Both the position numbers and the translations under genes were made by a program. A stretch of 63,574 nucleotides of DNA, counting the filler, from Octopus bimaculoides (taxonomy: Eukaryota): assembly GCF_001194135.2 (NCBI RefSeq). It is 5 parts of 4 records of this genome, joined end to end, with 100 filler letters (N's around TTAATTAATTAA, not from the genome) between each part and the next. Parts side by side here need not be neighbours in the genome. Positions count along the whole stretch, not along the records: positions 60,021 to 63,574 come from NC_068982.1; 4 more parts are not named here. The stretch is one strand, 5' to 3'. The notes under the pieces were generated by a model. The model made no database searches. It was not told the origin of the DNA and was given only the letters and a program-made list of their open reading frames with translations. Below, in pieces: positions 61,588-63,574 of the stretch (positions within the stretch are counted from its first letter, which is position 1; every line of letters starts with the position of its first letter).

Positions 61588-61627
61588 GCATGTATGTATA
61601 TATGTATGTCTGTGCGTGCGTGCGTGC

Positions 61628-61686
<59 letters not shown>

Positions 61687-62620
61687 CAGATATATAGACA
61701 GACAGATAATTCAAATTTAAATCTTCCCGTGGCATGAAACGTTGGGACGAGCATGTAGTCTTTGTCAGCGATATAGCATGCTGCAGGCCTTGTTCAGTAC
61801 CCGTCATTGAAAAATCACNNNNNNNNNNNNNNNNNNNNNNNNNNNNNNNNNNNNNNNNNNNNNNNNNNNNNNNNNNNNNNNNNNNNNNNNNNNNNNNNNN
61901 NNNNNNNNNNNNNNNNNNNNNNNNNNNNNNNNNNNNNNNNNNNNNNNNNNNNNNNNNNNNNNNNNNNNNNNNNNNNNNNNNNNNNNNNNNNNNNNNNNNN
62001 NNNNNNNNNNNNNNNNNNNNNNNNNNNNNNNNNNNNNNNNNNNNNNNNNNNNNNNNNNNNNNNNNNNNNNNNNNNNNNNNNNNNNNNNNNNNNNNNNNNN
62101 NNNNNNNNNNNNNNNNNNNNNNNNNNNNNNNNNNNNNNNNNNNNNNNNNNNNNNNNNNNNNNNNNNNNNNNNNNNNNNNNNNNNNNNNNNNNNNNNNNNN
62201 NNNNNNNNNNNNNNNNNNNNNNNNNNNNNNNNNNNNNNNNNNNNNNNNNNNNNNNNNNNNNNNNNNNNNNNNNNNNNNNNNNNNNNNNNNNNNNNNNNNN
62301 NNNNNNNNNNNNNNNNNNNNNNNNNNNNNNNNNNNNNNNNNNNNNNNNNNNNNNNNNNNNNNNNNNNNNNNNNNNNNNNNNNNNNNNNNNNNNNNNNNNN
62401 NNNNNNNNNNNNNNNNNNNNNNNNNNNNNNNNNNNNNNNNNNNNNNNNNNNNNNNNNNNNNNNNNNATCATATGTAATATATAATAATATATTGTGAAAT
62501 AATATCAAGAAATTAATATCAGAAAATTTCTTCAGAATGATATATACATGTGTAGAATAATTATTGTATTAACAATATAAATATATATAAAAATATATGT
62601 AAATATGTATAAGTATAAAT

Positions 62621-63249
62621 ATATAATAATAATAATAAATATGACAGTTTAAAATTTAATAGTTGAAATTAAGTTTTTAAAGCATCTTACGATCGTTTCA
62701 CAAAAGTATTGTCTCTATAATGGAATCCTATGTTGATAAGCATTTATAGACAACACTTCTGCTCCTCAGAGATATAAAACGTGAAGTTTGTATAATTTTT
62801 CGAATGGTAGTTTTATTAAAAATATGAAGTAATTATGGGAAAATGGCGTTTGTTTGAAATATTAAAAAGTTACTGTTTTTGATTTTGGTAAGTACACTTT
62901 AGTATGAGAATCTTGAAATCCGAATATGCCTCCTTGGTAAGTCTTCTGCAGTAATCCATAATAATTTTGTGTAATATCCGGTATGTTGTCCTGCATCATT
63001 TTTATATTTTAAACAAACACCATTTTCCCATATTACTTCATATATTTTTTTAAAAAACCACCATTCGATAAATTATACAAATTTCACAATTTATATCTCT
63101 GAGGAGCAGAAGTGTTATCTATAAATGCTTATCAACATAGGATTCCATTATAGAGACAATATTCTTGCGAAATGATCGTAAGATGCTTTAAAAACTTAAT
63201 TTTAAAGTATTAAATTTTAAACTGTCATATTCATTATTATTATTATATA
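62621..63249. mobile_element. AT-rich foldback element with arms of about 250 bp
   Basis: About 62621-62871 and 62997-63249 are reverse complements (e.g. GTCTCTATAATGGAATCCTATGTTGATAAGCATTTATAGA / TCTATAAATGCTTATCAACATAGGATTCCATTATAGAGAC). The spacer is about 125 bp. Confidence 0.9.
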
Positions 63250-63345
63250 CTAGCAGAAATACCCGGCTTTGCCCGGGTTAAAGAGAATAATGAAATCTAA
63301 AAACGCCGTCTAGACTACGCAACCCTCAACTGTTAATAGCTACGA
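63250..63345 (-). mobile_element. Helitron-type non-autonomous 3' terminus
   Basis: Minus strand reads ACCCGG-GCAAAG-CCGGGT hairpin, then ATTTCTG, then CTAG|T. Confidence 0.75.
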
Positions 63346-63574
63346 TACCATATTTCTACCTTAATAACTCTCCAATCCATGCCAGCATGGAACATAGACA
63401 TTAAGTGGAATGCCAGTCTCTCATCTAGGAGGGCCTTGAAATCAATGTTACCAACTGGGGACTATGTGTGTCGCAGTGATAATAAAAAGACCCAAAGGAG
63501 GTCTGCAACGAAATAATTTTACTCAACACTTTACAAGTGAATCAGTGGAGGCAAAGATGCGTCTCATTTACTTG

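Overview
AT-rich, gap-riddled eukaryotic genomic DNA, most likely a coleoid cephalopod (Octopus-like). That assignment is an inference from the tRNA-derived/CORE-type SINE families, RTE tails and extreme microsatellite density. No intact, identifiable host protein-coding gene can be supported, and most ORFs in the supplied track are microsatellite or N-gap artefacts. The window is a mosaic of mobile elements: three dead mariner transposons (one full-length with TIRs), three RTE LINE fragments, and an R4/Dong-type fragment fused tail-to-tail to a Tx1/L1 fragment between two (AAT)n tracts. It also holds two different Penelope-like GIY-YIG fragments, hAT-type and other MITEs, three long foldback elements (one with TAACCC repeats), Helitron-type termini, dozens of SINEs, a 41-bp minisatellite and several local duplications. 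Less obvious signals are a minimal type I hammerhead ribozyme motif at 32729-32777, a run of splice-bounded decayed reading frames at about 23.2-29.4 kb that may be an unprocessed pseudogene, and a CpG-rich zone at about 49.7-53.7 kb flanked by CpG-depleted DNA, suggesting a promoter between methylated gene bodies. All calls were made by eye; coordinates are approximate at element edges.
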